Source: an uncultured Planctomycetaceae bacterium
Lineage (GTDB): Bacteria > Planctomycetota > Planctomycetia > Pirellulales > Thermoguttaceae
Length of the DNA stretch: 64,000 nucleotides
Assembly (NCBI GenBank): GCA_964442735.1
Contig: CAYUAP010000003.1
Location: 23,115-87,114 of the forward strand
Direction of reading: 5' to 3'
Positions 46,305 to 56,492 of this stretch are shown piece by piece. The stretch's first letter is position 1. Each line of letters starts with the position of its first letter. The translations under genes were made by a program, and so were the position numbers. The notes under the pieces were generated by a model. It saw only the letters and a program-made list of their open reading frames with translations, was not told where the DNA came from and made no database searches.

Positions 46305-49274
46305 TCAATATTGTAAAAGGTCTTTTTTCTGAATCCAACCTTCCTGGTCATCTATAAAACGAACACGATACCAATTGCCACGCTCTTCCAATATAATAAC
46401 TTCACTCAATTCGGGTAGGGGGCCGGTATAGACCGATTCATATTGCTCCGAATTGCCTTTTCGTGCGGTAACGTTTTTAGTTTGTGTAATGCCATGTTTC
46501 TGATAATCAAAACGATACCAGTCATACAAGGCCGAACAGGTCATAATTCCAAAACAGAAAAAGACTGTCACAAAACATCGCCCTAGAATTGTATACCATC
46601 GTCTGCTGGCCTGTTCCTTTTCTTTATTCTCTAATGTCGATCGTAGTGATGATATCAGTAAAACGATAAAAAGAACGACTGTTACAAAGAGCATAAATAT
46701 CGATGCCTTGAATTTAAAAGGATAGGCTGTTTTATTCTGCCAGAACATCAGGAGTTCCCAAAATGTTATTTCTTTTTCTGTTCCACCAGGAATCAACAAC
46801 TCTAAATTTGCATTTAAATAGGAGTCGTTCGGCAGATATCGTTGCGCAATACGCCAACAGGCTAATGCCTGTGCTTTTTCGCCCGCACGGTAAAAGGCGT
46901 TTCCCTGATTGTAAAGGATTGGTCCCGACTCAATTCCCTTCGCGCGAAGTCCCTGATATACTGCCGCTGATTTCAAAAATAATTCACGGCTCCGAACAGC
47001 ATCCGTTGATAATGATTCAGGTGATTTCTTCTGCTGATCGGCTTTTTCCTTGTCATCCTCGGTTTTTGTCTTGTCATCCTCGGTCTGTTTGGCATCTTTT
47101 GACGATTCCACATCTTTTAATTTATCGGTCAATGATTCTGCGTCCCGATAGAGTCGAAGTGCTTCAATGTAGTTGGTTTGTGCCTCTTTATCTGCCCTGG
47201 AGCATCCGACCATGGCCAGGCTTGAAAATAATACAAAAAAGAATATCGTTTTTACTCCGGTTAAGGTACTCGATTTCCCTTTTCGTTCGTTCTTCATCAT
47301 AGCCTTAATCTTTCTTTTATTACCACGATGGGAAACTACAGCAAACCATTTCTCAAAGAGAGGAAGTACCTCTTGACGAATGGAGTCAGCAGTCGTTGCA
47401 TCCAGACCATAACGAACTTCTTCCAATTGTGCAAATAGATTCTTTACTTTCGGAACAAGAGTTACGGCACTGTGAATGACGGACAATTGCATCAGGAAGG
47501 AGTTGATTTCCGTTTCGGAAAGTGTGTCCACCTGTTTATTAAAGTAATCATTCAAGGGAATTAAAAAAGCCGACTTGATTTTACCCGCCGCCTCTGCTGT
47601 CTCTTTTATCGCCGTTTGCGTCAACTGTTCCATACCTTCATGCAGAAGTTGCCGCGCCCGGAAATTACGTTCCGCTTTTTCTCGAAGAAGACGTGGTTTA
47701 CTTCGTCGAATAATAACCGTTCCAAGCCAACATAGAAGCGCTACACCCCCTAAAACAGATGCTGTTCCACCCCAATCGTATAACGTGATTCTTCGATTAT
47801 TTGCTCCGGAAATATCTTCTCTATTGGCATAAATTCCTTCTGTTGATCGCGTTAAGGGAGTTTGTGTACGCAGTCCTTGACGTATCTCTCTGGACAGGGT
47901 TTCTGTTGCCAATGACTGATTGCTTTCAACATCAAGTACAATAGGTTTGGAAGAAAGTGTTACAAAATTTTCCGTTTTAACATCAAAATAACTGACAGGA
48001 ATCGAAGGAAACGTGATTTTTCCCTCCTTCGTCGGACGTATAGACCACGTAAACGTAACGTGATCGTCGGATATTTCCTCTGTCGGCAAATAGAGCTTAA
48101 ACGAATCGGTGATCGCGGAAACAGCCTCCAGATTGGGGGCTTTTACCTGTAATAACGATCCCTCTCCCTTCAAGGTCATATTCAGTGTCATTGCCTCTCC
48201 CACTCGTACTTTAGAAGGAACCAGGCTGGCATTCCAGGTAAATTGACCGAACGCTCCAATATAATTATCAGGACGATCCTTCTCCGGAACATCTTTTACG
48301 CGAATCGTCAATGGATTTGATAATACATAAACATTTTCAACGGCAATACGTTCTGTATCATTACCGGATTTGGCAAATGTCCCTTTTATATTTGCCGGAT
48401 CAAAATTATATTCACCGACCATTTCCGAACGAAACGCACGCCGGAAGGTGTATTTCCAATAGGAGACTTTTTTCCCGTCTTTATCTGTTCGTTCCACCTG
48501 TTCACCTCGGGGTAAAAAGAGAAGGGACCGATTATTGTTTTCGAAAAAGGAAAAACCGAAGTCAAACGGATCACTAACGGTAATGTTATTAATGATAAAT
48601 CCCCCGGAAGAATTACGATAGTTATTGATCCAATCCTCCCAATTACGCAACGGGACAAGTCCTTTTTCCAATTTGGAATCTTCCAGCCAGGAGATCTGGA
48701 GTTTCGGTGGATCTACATGACGCGCTATTCCCAATATCGGATCGGTTGTACTGTTTTTACCAGGTAGTGATTTGACATAGATATTTAATGTTACCGTAAA
48801 TGGAATTAAAGGATAAACCTCTTTTTCATCAGACACTATTTCTATTTTAACGGTGTCCTGAAGACTAGGTGGAATGACTTCCACTTCCACTGGAGCAATG
48901 GAGAGCGTTTTGCCGCCCGTACTGACAGGAGGAGGTTCTATTTTGATTCTGCCAGATGCTCGTGGCGTCAAACTATAGGCGTATGTAATACCTTTTTCTA
49001 CTACTCGTGTTTGATTACCATTGACAATGGAGATCATTGATCGGTTTCGATTTTGGGCCCCCAAATAACGGACATCAAATTCCGTGGATAAATAGGAAAT
49101 ATCGGGCTGTTGTGGTGCTTCAAAATTGTCATAAAAAAATAGCAACTGAAATGATTCACCCAAATAGATTTCCTTCGGCTGTGCCACCATTCGAACCTTC
49201 GGTGTTTCTGCCGATTTGACTGCTGTTTGTAATAATATAAATATTATGAATATATAAAGAAAACGATATCGCAT
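46305..49274 (-). CDS. batD: BatD-like protein fused to a BatE-like TPR + TM + SH3 module
   Basis: Signal peptide plus BatD-type Ig-like repeats (first ~500 aa), then a TM. Then K/E/D-rich linker, TPR (LYNQGNAFYRAGEKAQALACWRIAQRYLPND), TM helices and C-terminal SH3-like EERGNWYRVRFIDDQEGWIQKKDL. Confidence 0.65.
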   Translation of the reverse strand: MRYRFLYIFIIFILLQTAVKSAETPKVRMVAQPKEIYLGESFQLLFFYDNFEAPQQPDISYLSTEFDVRYLGAQNRNRSMISIVNGNQTRVVEKGITYAYSLTPRASGRIKIEPPPVSTGGKTLSIAPVEVEVIPPSLQDTVKIEIVSDEKEVYPLIPFTVTLNIYVKSLPGKNSTTDPILGIARHVDPPKLQISWLEDSKLEKGLVPLRNWEDWINNYRNSSGGFIINNITVSDPFDFGFSFFENNNRSLLFLPRGEQVERTDKDGKKVSYWKYTFRRAFRSEMVGEYNFDPANIKGTFAKSGNDTERIAVENVYVLSNPLTIRVKDVPEKDRPDNYIGAFGQFTWNASLVPSKVRVGEAMTLNMTLKGEGSLLQVKAPNLEAVSAITDSFKLYLPTEEISDDHVTFTWSIRPTKEGKITFPSIPVSYFDVKTENFVTLSSKPIVLDVESNQSLATETLSREIRQGLRTQTPLTRSTEGIYANREDISGANNRRITLYDWGGTASVLGGVALLCWLGTVIIRRSKPRLLREKAERNFRARQLLHEGMEQLTQTAIKETAEAAGKIKSAFLIPLNDYFNKQVDTLSETEINSFLMQLSVIHSAVTLVPKVKNLFAQLEEVRYGLDATTADSIRQEVLPLFEKWFAVVSHRGNKRKIKAMMKNERKGKSSTLTGVKTIFFFVLFSSLAMVGCSRADKEAQTNYIEALRLYRDAESLTDKLKDVESSKDAKQTEDDKTKTEDDKEKADQQKKSPESLSTDAVRSRELFLKSAAVYQGLRAKGIESGPILYNQGNAFYRAGEKAQALACWRIAQRYLPNDSYLNANLELLIPGGTEKEITFWELLMFWQNKTAYPFKFKASIFMLFVTVVLFIVLLISSLRSTLENKEKEQASRRWYTILGRCFVTVFFCFGIMTCSALYDWYRFDYQKHGITQTKNVTARKGNSEQYESVYTGPLPELSEVIILEERGNWYRVRFIDDQEGWIQKKDLLQY

Positions 49275-49408
49275 TTTCTATCTGGCTCCCATCAATATAC
49301 AAATATAGGAATTCAAGTGTTATAATTTAATAGGCAATATTGTAACGCGGACTGGAAACCTGTATTTCGATCTTTGATAATACAGATGGAACGTCCGTAT
49401 TTCAAGTA

Positions 49409-52375
49409 TCACCAGTCTTTTTCAACTTTATCCGTCTGTCGACGATATTGTTCTATTGCCTTGCGCATCTCTTGTGCCTCTTGTTGTCTCTGACGTACTT
49501 TACGCATCATGGCTTCCTCCTGATCTTTTTTATCTTCAGATTTTTGTCCATCCTGTTTTTGTTGATCCTCTTGTTTGTCTTCCTGATCCTTGTTCTGATC
49601 TTTGTTCTGATCTTTATTCTGATCTTTATTCTGATCTTTATTCTGATCTTTATTCTGATCCTTGTTCTGATCTTTATTCTGATCCTTGTTTTGATCTTTA
49701 TTCTGATCCTTGTTCTGATCTTTATTCTGATCTTTATTCTGATTCTGTTGATTAGGATCCTGTAGTGGTTTTGCGATTTCCTTCAAATACTCCAGAATTT
49801 TGACTTCGGAAGAAATGATTTCTTTATCCTGTTTCGATTGAAGTGACGGTTGAAGTTTTTCCAGTTCCATTTTGATTTCAGGACACAGTTTAACGGCAAT
49901 TTCCATTGATTCTTTAATCTTTTGTTCCATTGTTTTTTGCGGAGGCGATTCCAGTTTTTTCTCCTCTTTTTTATCGCTCTCTCCCGATTTTTCTTTATCG
50001 GAAACAATGTCTTTCTTCGCTTGTTCCGCAGATGGTTCCGCCTTCTTTTTTGCAAGTTCCTGTTCCGCCAGATGGAGCATTAAAGCGGACCATCGACCTA
50101 CAAAACCAGCATCCCAAGCTGTTTTATTATAGGATTTTTCGGACTTCTGGTTTCCTGTGTAAAGCTCTTTTGCCTCTTGAGTAACACCCTCTTGAAAGGA
50201 GACAGAACTGGTCACTAAATCCGGCCAGGACATTAGAAGTGATGAAAGGGAATTGATATCGACAATAGAGTTACGCAGTTTTTCTTCCGATTCCTTGTTC
50301 TTCCATTGCGACAACATATCCGCAGACTCCACAGATTTTTGTTGTGCACGATTCAGAAGGGTATCGATCATGTCTATCTGTTCTGTACCCGATTTCGAAT
50401 CTTTCTCGTTTGCATTCTTTTTTTTCTCTTCAGTATATATGGCTTTCAGGGAATCAAAATCGGCATTCAAGTTGGTTAATTGCGTTCCTGATTCGTATAC
50501 TTTTTGATAGTCGATCTCTTTTGGATTTTTATTGTTTTGCGTAATCTGTTGGTCTATTTTACGTTGATTGTTTTCCATCCATCGCAAATATCCAGAAAAA
50601 GGAAGTTCCTTTTCCCGAATCGAACGTTCTCCGGTTTCGAATTGATTTCGCTGTTGGCGTATCCAACTTCTCAAGATGTCCAGACTATTCCGGGCTTCGA
50701 TCTCCGTTTCCGGATATTTAACCGCTTCCACAAAATGATTTTCCGCTTCTTTTGCCTTTTTGATTCGGGCCTCCAGTTCCTGTTGACGTTTGGAAAATCC
50801 TTCATCGTATTTCTTTAATGGGTCTTCCTTTTGCTGTAATGGAATTGCTGCCCCCTGTGGATTGGGATTCTGTGGATTGGGATTCTGCCCCTGTGCTTTA
50901 TTGAATTCGTTACCCGAATCGTCCTGTTCCTTTTTTTCGGTGGTGTTTATTAGATCCTTAACAATTAACGACCCTAATTTATAATGAATTCGTGCCACGA
51001 TTTTTTCGTCTTTATCCAGAATCAACTCCTGCAATAACAGCATGGCATCGGCCGCATTACCTTCCTCCAATAGTTGACAGGCCAGATTATATTTTTCAAA
51101 CGACGTTTTTGGTACCGGTATTTTTTTTTCATTCGATACAGTATTCGAGATGGTTTCCCCCGTGTTACCGTCATTCGAATTATCAGTCGATTCTGTTGTA
51201 TCTCCCGATTGAACGATAACAGGTTCCTTGATATTGTTCTCTTGCGCGACAACCATTCCAGAAAACACCGTTCCTGAAAACAAAAACAATGTCAACCATA
51301 AAATCTGAATCATGGAAGTTGAAGCCGGATGTGCATTCTTCTTTTGATGAACTAAACGATTGATTAATTTCGATATATTCCGATAGGGCGAAATCAGATA
51401 AAAGAGCATGAAAGACAGTATTCCTAAAAAGAGGAATATCTGATATTGTTCCTGAACTATTTCCCGTTCATTTTCATTAAATCCACCACGTTTGAGCTGT
51501 TCAAGATGGACTTTATATATTTGTCCCAAATCGAAGGAAGCCGTTCCAGCCGGAATAAAAACACCCCCCGTTGTCTCCGCAATTTTACGAAGTGTTTCTT
51601 TATCAGCCTTGGACCATACCTCCTGACCCTGATATTTTTCATATCCGGTACGTTTTCCATCTTTATCAAATAAAGGAATACGAGCTCCTTCGTTAAAATC
51701 ACCTAGCGCAATGGTATAGATACGAACCCCTTTTGCCGCAGCATCTTCCGCAGCTTCCAGTGGCATGGATTCCTGATCCTCGCCGTCGGTAATCAAGATA
51801 ATGGCTTTATCTCGATCCTGATCCTTCGGTAGAGCGCGAAGTGCCAGACGAATCGCATCACCGATAGCAGTCCCACCCCGGGGAGCAGTCATCGTATCCA
51901 CTCCTTTAAGTATTTCACGGAAAAATCCATAATCGGAGGTTAAGGGTACCTGATTTACTGCAGTTCCGGCAAAAGCGATTAGACCTGCCCTATCGCCTTG
52001 AATAACGTTCAAGAGATCTTCTATATCGAGTTTGGCAGCCGCCAACCGATTGGGGGCAACATCTTCCGCCAACATACTGCGGGAAGTATCCAACAGAACA
52101 AGTACATCGGCACCACGCCGATTAACCTTTTCCGTCCGAACGCCAAATGCGGGTCCAGCCAACGCTATCCAAAACAACGACAGGGAAATAGTCAAAAATA
52201 ACGCTTTAAACGCTATCCGTAATTTACTGCTTTTCGGTAGAAGTTCCTGTGCCATCGTCTCGTTGACTAATAGTGTCGACAACTTTTTGATCTTTCTGTT
52301 CGAATAGAGATAGAGCAGAACGAGTACCGGTACCGTCCACAGACCCAGTAAATAATTAGGATTATTCCAAACCAT
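49409..52375 (-). CDS. batB: BatB-like VWA protein fused to TPR and a ~500-aa K/E/Q-rich coiled-coil/low-complexity tail
   Basis: MVWNNPNYLLGLW..., VWA MIDAS DVLVLLDTSRSM, ITDGED. TM after the VWA domain. TPR (YNLACQLLEEGNAADAMLLLQE). Tail contains NPNPQ x2 and DQNK x13. Confidence 0.75.
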   Translation of the reverse strand: MVWNNPNYLLGLWTVPVLVLLYLYSNRKIKKLSTLLVNETMAQELLPKSSKLRIAFKALFLTISLSLFWIALAGPAFGVRTEKVNRRGADVLVLLDTSRSMLAEDVAPNRLAAAKLDIEDLLNVIQGDRAGLIAFAGTAVNQVPLTSDYGFFREILKGVDTMTAPRGGTAIGDAIRLALRALPKDQDRDKAIILITDGEDQESMPLEAAEDAAAKGVRIYTIALGDFNEGARIPLFDKDGKRTGYEKYQGQEVWSKADKETLRKIAETTGGVFIPAGTASFDLGQIYKVHLEQLKRGGFNENEREIVQEQYQIFLFLGILSFMLFYLISPYRNISKLINRLVHQKKNAHPASTSMIQILWLTLFLFSGTVFSGMVVAQENNIKEPVIVQSGDTTESTDNSNDGNTGETISNTVSNEKKIPVPKTSFEKYNLACQLLEEGNAADAMLLLQELILDKDEKIVARIHYKLGSLIVKDLINTTEKKEQDDSGNEFNKAQGQNPNPQNPNPQGAAIPLQQKEDPLKKYDEGFSKRQQELEARIKKAKEAENHFVEAVKYPETEIEARNSLDILRSWIRQQRNQFETGERSIREKELPFSGYLRWMENNQRKIDQQITQNNKNPKEIDYQKVYESGTQLTNLNADFDSLKAIYTEEKKKNANEKDSKSGTEQIDMIDTLLNRAQQKSVESADMLSQWKNKESEEKLRNSIVDINSLSSLLMSWPDLVTSSVSFQEGVTQEAKELYTGNQKSEKSYNKTAWDAGFVGRWSALMLHLAEQELAKKKAEPSAEQAKKDIVSDKEKSGESDKKEEKKLESPPQKTMEQKIKESMEIAVKLCPEIKMELEKLQPSLQSKQDKEIISSEVKILEYLKEIAKPLQDPNQQNQNKDQNKDQNKDQNKDQNKDQNKDQNKDQNKDQNKDQNKDQNKDQNKDQNKDQEDKQEDQQKQDGQKSEDKKDQEEAMMRKVRQRQQEAQEMRKAIEQYRRQTDKVEKDW
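49583..49738. repeat. 12-bp in-frame tandem repeat, 13 units (ctgatc[ct]tt[ag]tt; encodes (DQNK)n on the minus strand) inside batB
   Basis: Units counted directly from 49583 to 49738; a degenerate unit follows. Confidence 0.95.
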
Positions 52376-52400
52376 CTGTTATTACACCACCTTTCCGTTA

Positions 52401-53471
52401 TCAGGGCATTCGCCGAAATCGAGTAAAAACAAGAATTAAGCCCGTACAGAGCATCAAGAGTCCGGGCAATAAAAAATAACGGTACAATTCATTATATCGA
52501 GTATAGACTCGATCCTCGAATGTCGTTCGTTCCAATTTATCGATTTCTTCACATACTTTTTTCAGGCCGTTTGTATCTTCAACATGAAAATACAAACCGG
52601 ATGTTTTATCAGCCACTTCTTTTAATGTCGTGGCATCCAATTGAAGCAGTTCCTGACTATATCCTTGTATCGTACCGCTAGGCCCGTAAACAGGAAATGG
52701 GACCGGTTTATTGGTTCCGATTCCTATGGTATAGATCTTTATCCCATGATCTGAAGCTATTTTAGCGGCTTCCTGTGCAGTTGCCACACCAACGTTCTGG
52801 ACTCCATCAGATAAAAGTATAATGACACGGCTCTTGCTCTTCGTTGTTTTCAATCGATCTATTGCCGTCATTAAAGCATCTCCTATTGCAGTTGCCGATT
52901 CCTGATCCAGTATGTCTGAACGAATTGGATTACCACGTCGATCTATCAATGGTTTGGGTGTTTTAATCATATCGAGCATTTGTGCCAACGTTTCATGATC
53001 CAATGTCAAAGGACAGATGGTATCGACAAATCCACCGAAGGCAACCAATGATACCAAATCGTCCGGACGACCTGGAAAATCCTTGTTTCCAACAATAAAA
53101 TCCCGAAATACCTTTTTAACAATCTCAAGACGATCAACCCGTTTTTTATCGATAAAAAAGTCCATAGCCTGCATGGAACCGCTGCGATCCAGACAAACAG
53201 ATATTGCAATCCCTTCCGTTCGAACACGGTAGTCTTCCCTACCCTGTTGCGGACGCGCCAGCGCTATAATCAGACAGGCAATACCTAAATTGATTAGAAA
53301 ATTAACCAACGGTTTTAAACGAGAAACCCAGCCTTGGGGAATATTCCGAAATTGTGATATGTCCGAGTAAACGAAAACTCGAAATTTCTTTTGCCCATTG
53401 TACAAATACAGGACAAGTATCCATAATACAAACAGTAAAAGAAACCATGGATTTTGAAATTGAAAATTCAT
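52401..53471 (-). CDS. batA: BatA-like VWA-domain membrane protein
   Basis: MNFQFQNPWFLLLFVLWILVL, VWA ISVCLDRSGSM, LLSDGVQN, and a C-terminal TM. ATGA overlap with the upstream gene. Confidence 0.85.
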   Translation of the reverse strand: MNFQFQNPWFLLLFVLWILVLYLYNGQKKFRVFVYSDISQFRNIPQGWVSRLKPLVNFLINLGIACLIIALARPQQGREDYRVRTEGIAISVCLDRSGSMQAMDFFIDKKRVDRLEIVKKVFRDFIVGNKDFPGRPDDLVSLVAFGGFVDTICPLTLDHETLAQMLDMIKTPKPLIDRRGNPIRSDILDQESATAIGDALMTAIDRLKTTKSKSRVIILLSDGVQNVGVATAQEAAKIASDHGIKIYTIGIGTNKPVPFPVYGPSGTIQGYSQELLQLDATTLKEVADKTSGLYFHVEDTNGLKKVCEEIDKLERTTFEDRVYTRYNELYRYFLLPGLLMLCTGLILVFTRFRRMP

Positions 53472-54583
53472 AACTTCACTCCTTGATTTCTGTTGTCTGT
53501 ATCGTTGTTTTCTTCATGAAGTGGTGTTTCCAGAACAATTTTCGCACTCTGATATCCCTGCATGATTTCGTCGAACGATGGATGAAATTTCGCAAATTTG
53601 ACTAAATCGGAAAATTCAAGAAATTCTTTGAGATGCTCGCTCATTTCATATTTTAGTGAAATTTTCTTTTCATTCCGTTGGGATATTTCCGCCAGGAATT
53701 CCTCGGTCGTCTGTTCCGGGGCGCGTATACCGGTCGTCTCTTCCAAAAACCAGCGTACGATTCCCGTGATCTTCAAATAGAATTCACGAACATCGCGTAC
53801 ATAGATTTTGGAATCCATTAAAGCCTGTAGTTCGGCCAGAGCACGCTGTGATGGTGTCAGAATCGGACCGATCTGTTTACTCAAATTTTGCCGTACTCGA
53901 TGCCGTATCAACAAGATCGTTATGGTCAGAATGATCAGAATCGCAACGATTCCTATAATCCAATACAAACCCCATCGATGAAGTTGTCCAAAAGGATCCT
54001 TAATCGTATCAAGATGGGCTTCTGCCTTTTCATAATCCGAATGAATCTTTATTTCTCCAGGAGGAAGAAGAAGGTGAACCTCGGAAGACGCCTGTTTTTC
54101 ATTGTTCGATGTACTATGCCCATTCCATTGTGCCGTAACAGGTATGGGAGGTAAACGTAATATACCACTACTACGAGGACGAAGTTTAATGGAAAAAACG
54201 GTCGTCTGAACCTGATTCGTAATCGTATTCAGTGAAGGTAACGTTTCAAGAACCTCGAAATCACCATAATTTTCCGTAATATTCGGAGCCAATAGTATAT
54301 AATCGGGCGAGTGGGTACCGGTTATTGTCATAACCAAATCGTCGGCTAAATATGGATTTTGTGGAGTAATAACAGACTTCAGGGTAATATTTCCCTGCTC
54401 GGAAGATATGGTACGAATTGTTCCGGTTTCGTTTGTCTGTTCCTGGGAGTATAAAGGCAATGCGATAGAACAAATCAGAAATACCATTAACAGAAATTCT
54501 GAACAGATTCTGTTATTGATAAATTCCGTCCAACAAAAAGTCGTTTTACTCCTATCAGATTGTAATGTTGTATTTTCTGTCAT
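53468..54583 (-). CDS. Membrane protein at the DUF4381 position of Bat operons, with an N-terminal BatD-like extracytoplasmic extension
   Basis: Signal/TM, beta-rich domain, TM (LYWIIGIVAILIILTITILLI). Then QRALAELQAL...FYLKITGIVRWFLEETTGIRAPEQTTEEFL, which resembles DUF4381. By-eye call. Confidence 0.45.
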   Translation of the reverse strand: MTENTTLQSDRSKTTFCWTEFINNRICSEFLLMVFLICSIALPLYSQEQTNETGTIRTISSEQGNITLKSVITPQNPYLADDLVMTITGTHSPDYILLAPNITENYGDFEVLETLPSLNTITNQVQTTVFSIKLRPRSSGILRLPPIPVTAQWNGHSTSNNEKQASSEVHLLLPPGEIKIHSDYEKAEAHLDTIKDPFGQLHRWGLYWIIGIVAILIILTITILLIRHRVRQNLSKQIGPILTPSQRALAELQALMDSKIYVRDVREFYLKITGIVRWFLEETTGIRAPEQTTEEFLAEISQRNEKKISLKYEMSEHLKEFLEFSDLVKFAKFHPSFDEIMQGYQSAKIVLETPLHEENNDTDNRNQGVKL

Positions 54584-54597
54584 AATAGTATGTTATC

Positions 54598-55479
54598 CTA
54601 GCGAAAACGTTTAGCACGGGCATGGAAAAAATGACGTAATTCTTTATTATAATCGCTGTCCGTCCCAACGGTTAATTGGTCAACCTTGGCCTTCTTCAGA
54701 TTTAGTGCGACTTCATTCCGTTTCCCCTGAAGACGTTCGGCCAAATAATGTCGTACCAATGCGTTTCCGGTATCTACTTCAATGGTTTCCCCCAATTCGG
54801 GATCGTAAAGAGTCAGAAAACCAACGTTTGGAAATTCGTATTCGCGTGGATCGGATAATGACAGTGCGATTAAATCGTTTTTACGACGGCAGATTGCCAG
54901 TTCACGATCCAGTTCCGGTGCCATAAAATCACTCAACAGAAAAATGACCGATCTCCGTTTAAGTACCCGATTTACGTATTCCAGAGCCGCATTAATATTC
55001 GTCGGCTTTGCTATAGGCTCTGTTTGCAGTAATTCACGAATTAAATGGAGAATATTCGATTTTCCTTTTACCGGACGATAATAATTCTCCACCTTGTCGC
55101 AAAACGTCAGTAGGCCGACTTTATCGTTATTCTTTAATGCGGAAAACATTAAAGTTCCGACAATTTCCAATGCGATATTCCATTTTGAATTAATGGAACC
55201 GAAGATTCCTGATGCAGAAATATCGACCATAAAGAGAACAGTTAATTCACGTTCTTCGACATATCGTTTGATATAGGGACGACCGGCCCGGGCAGTCACA
55301 TTCCAGTCGATAGAACGAATATCGTCACCGGGCTGGTATTCACGAACCTCGTTGAATTCCATACCGCGTCCGCGAAAAACGCTTTTATATTGGCCCGCGA
55401 ACAGATCGTTTGCTGATCGATTGGAAATGATCTCCAAACGCTTGACCTTTTTCAATAACTCTTGAACCGATAATGTCAT
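54598..55479 (-). CDS. DUF58-domain protein (MoxR partner)
   Basis: FRGRGMEFNEVREYQPGDDIRSIDWNVTAR...LFMVDISASG characteristic of DUF58. Confidence 0.85.
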   Translation of the reverse strand: MTLSVQELLKKVKRLEIISNRSANDLFAGQYKSVFRGRGMEFNEVREYQPGDDIRSIDWNVTARAGRPYIKRYVEERELTVLFMVDISASGIFGSINSKWNIALEIVGTLMFSALKNNDKVGLLTFCDKVENYYRPVKGKSNILHLIRELLQTEPIAKPTNINAALEYVNRVLKRRSVIFLLSDFMAPELDRELAICRRKNDLIALSLSDPREYEFPNVGFLTLYDPELGETIEVDTGNALVRHYLAERLQGKRNEVALNLKKAKVDQLTVGTDSDYNKELRHFFHARAKRFR

Positions 55480-55502
55480 GATAACATCCCCTTTCTTAAC
55501 GA

Positions 55503-56492
55503 TTACGGAACGGGAACGGCATCCAGGATCTTCCGAATGACTTCTTCCGGGGTAATCTCTTCCGCCTCCGCCTCGTATGTTAAAATAATACGGTGACGAA
55601 GAACATCGTAGACAATATCCTTGACATCTTGAGGAGTAACATAACCGCGTCCCGCCAGAAACGCCATAGCTTTAGCGCCCTTGCCTATAAATATGGAGGC
55701 TCGTGGTGATGCTCCGAATTCAATGAAAGGAACCAGTTTTTGAAGTTGAAATTTGGCTGGATCTCGGGTTGCTTCCACAAGATTGACAATATAATTTCTA
55801 ACACTCTCGTCAATATAGATACTGTCCGTCGTTTTTTGCATGGCATAGATATCTTCCGCCGTTAAAATGGCGTCCGTCTTCGGAAACGCATTATCAAGCG
55901 CACGATCTAATATTTTGCGTTCTTCTTCAAAAGATGGGTAATCTACCTTGAGTTTCAACATGAAACGATCTACCTGTGCTTCCGGTAACGGATAGGTTCC
56001 TTCTTGTTCTATAGGGTTCTGTGTCGCCATAACAAGAAAAATACCATCAAGGGGAAAGGTGTTTTCGCCAATAGTTACCTGACGTTCCTGCATTGCTTCC
56101 AGAAGAGCCGACTGTACCTTGGACGGGGCACGGTTAATTTCATCGGCTAGAATAAAGTTTGCAAATATTGGCCCTTTTCGCGTCTGAAATTTTCCATCGG
56201 AAGGTAAATAAATCATCGTGCCAACCAAGTCAGCAGGTAATAAATCGGGTGTAAATTGAATTCTCTGAAACTTCGTCGATAGAGCTTCTGCCAAGGTCTT
56301 AATTGCCGTTGTCTTCGCAAGACCAGGAACTCCTTCCAAAAGAACATGACCTCCAGTTAGCAGACCAACCATTAATCGGGATATCATCTCTTCCTGACCG
56401 ACAATAACACGTCCTATTTCCTGTCGCAAGCGTTGTACTTTTTCCGATTGTTTTTGAACCTCTTCTCGAATCAGATTTACTTCTGAAGTCAT
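55503..56492 (-). CDS. moxR: MoxR-family AAA+ ATPase
   Basis: GHVLLEGVPGLAKT (Walker A), ILADEINRAPSKVQSALLEAMQERQVT (Walker B / sensor), 329 aa. Confidence 0.95.
   Translation of the reverse strand: MTSEVNLIREEVQKQSEKVQRLRQEIGRVIVGQEEMISRLMVGLLTGGHVLLEGVPGLAKTTAIKTLAEALSTKFQRIQFTPDLLPADLVGTMIYLPSDGKFQTRKGPIFANFILADEINRAPSKVQSALLEAMQERQVTIGENTFPLDGIFLVMATQNPIEQEGTYPLPEAQVDRFMLKLKVDYPSFEEERKILDRALDNAFPKTDAILTAEDIYAMQKTTDSIYIDESVRNYIVNLVEATRDPAKFQLQKLVPFIEFGASPRASIFIGKGAKAMAFLAGRGYVTPQDVKDIVYDVLRHRIILTYEAEAEEITPEEVIRKILDAVPVP

Noticed and set aside
49448-49765. ORFs encoding LIFILIFILIF... / DLYSDLYSD... opposite batB
   Set aside because: They are artefacts of translating the 12-bp DQNK repeat in other frames or on the other strand.
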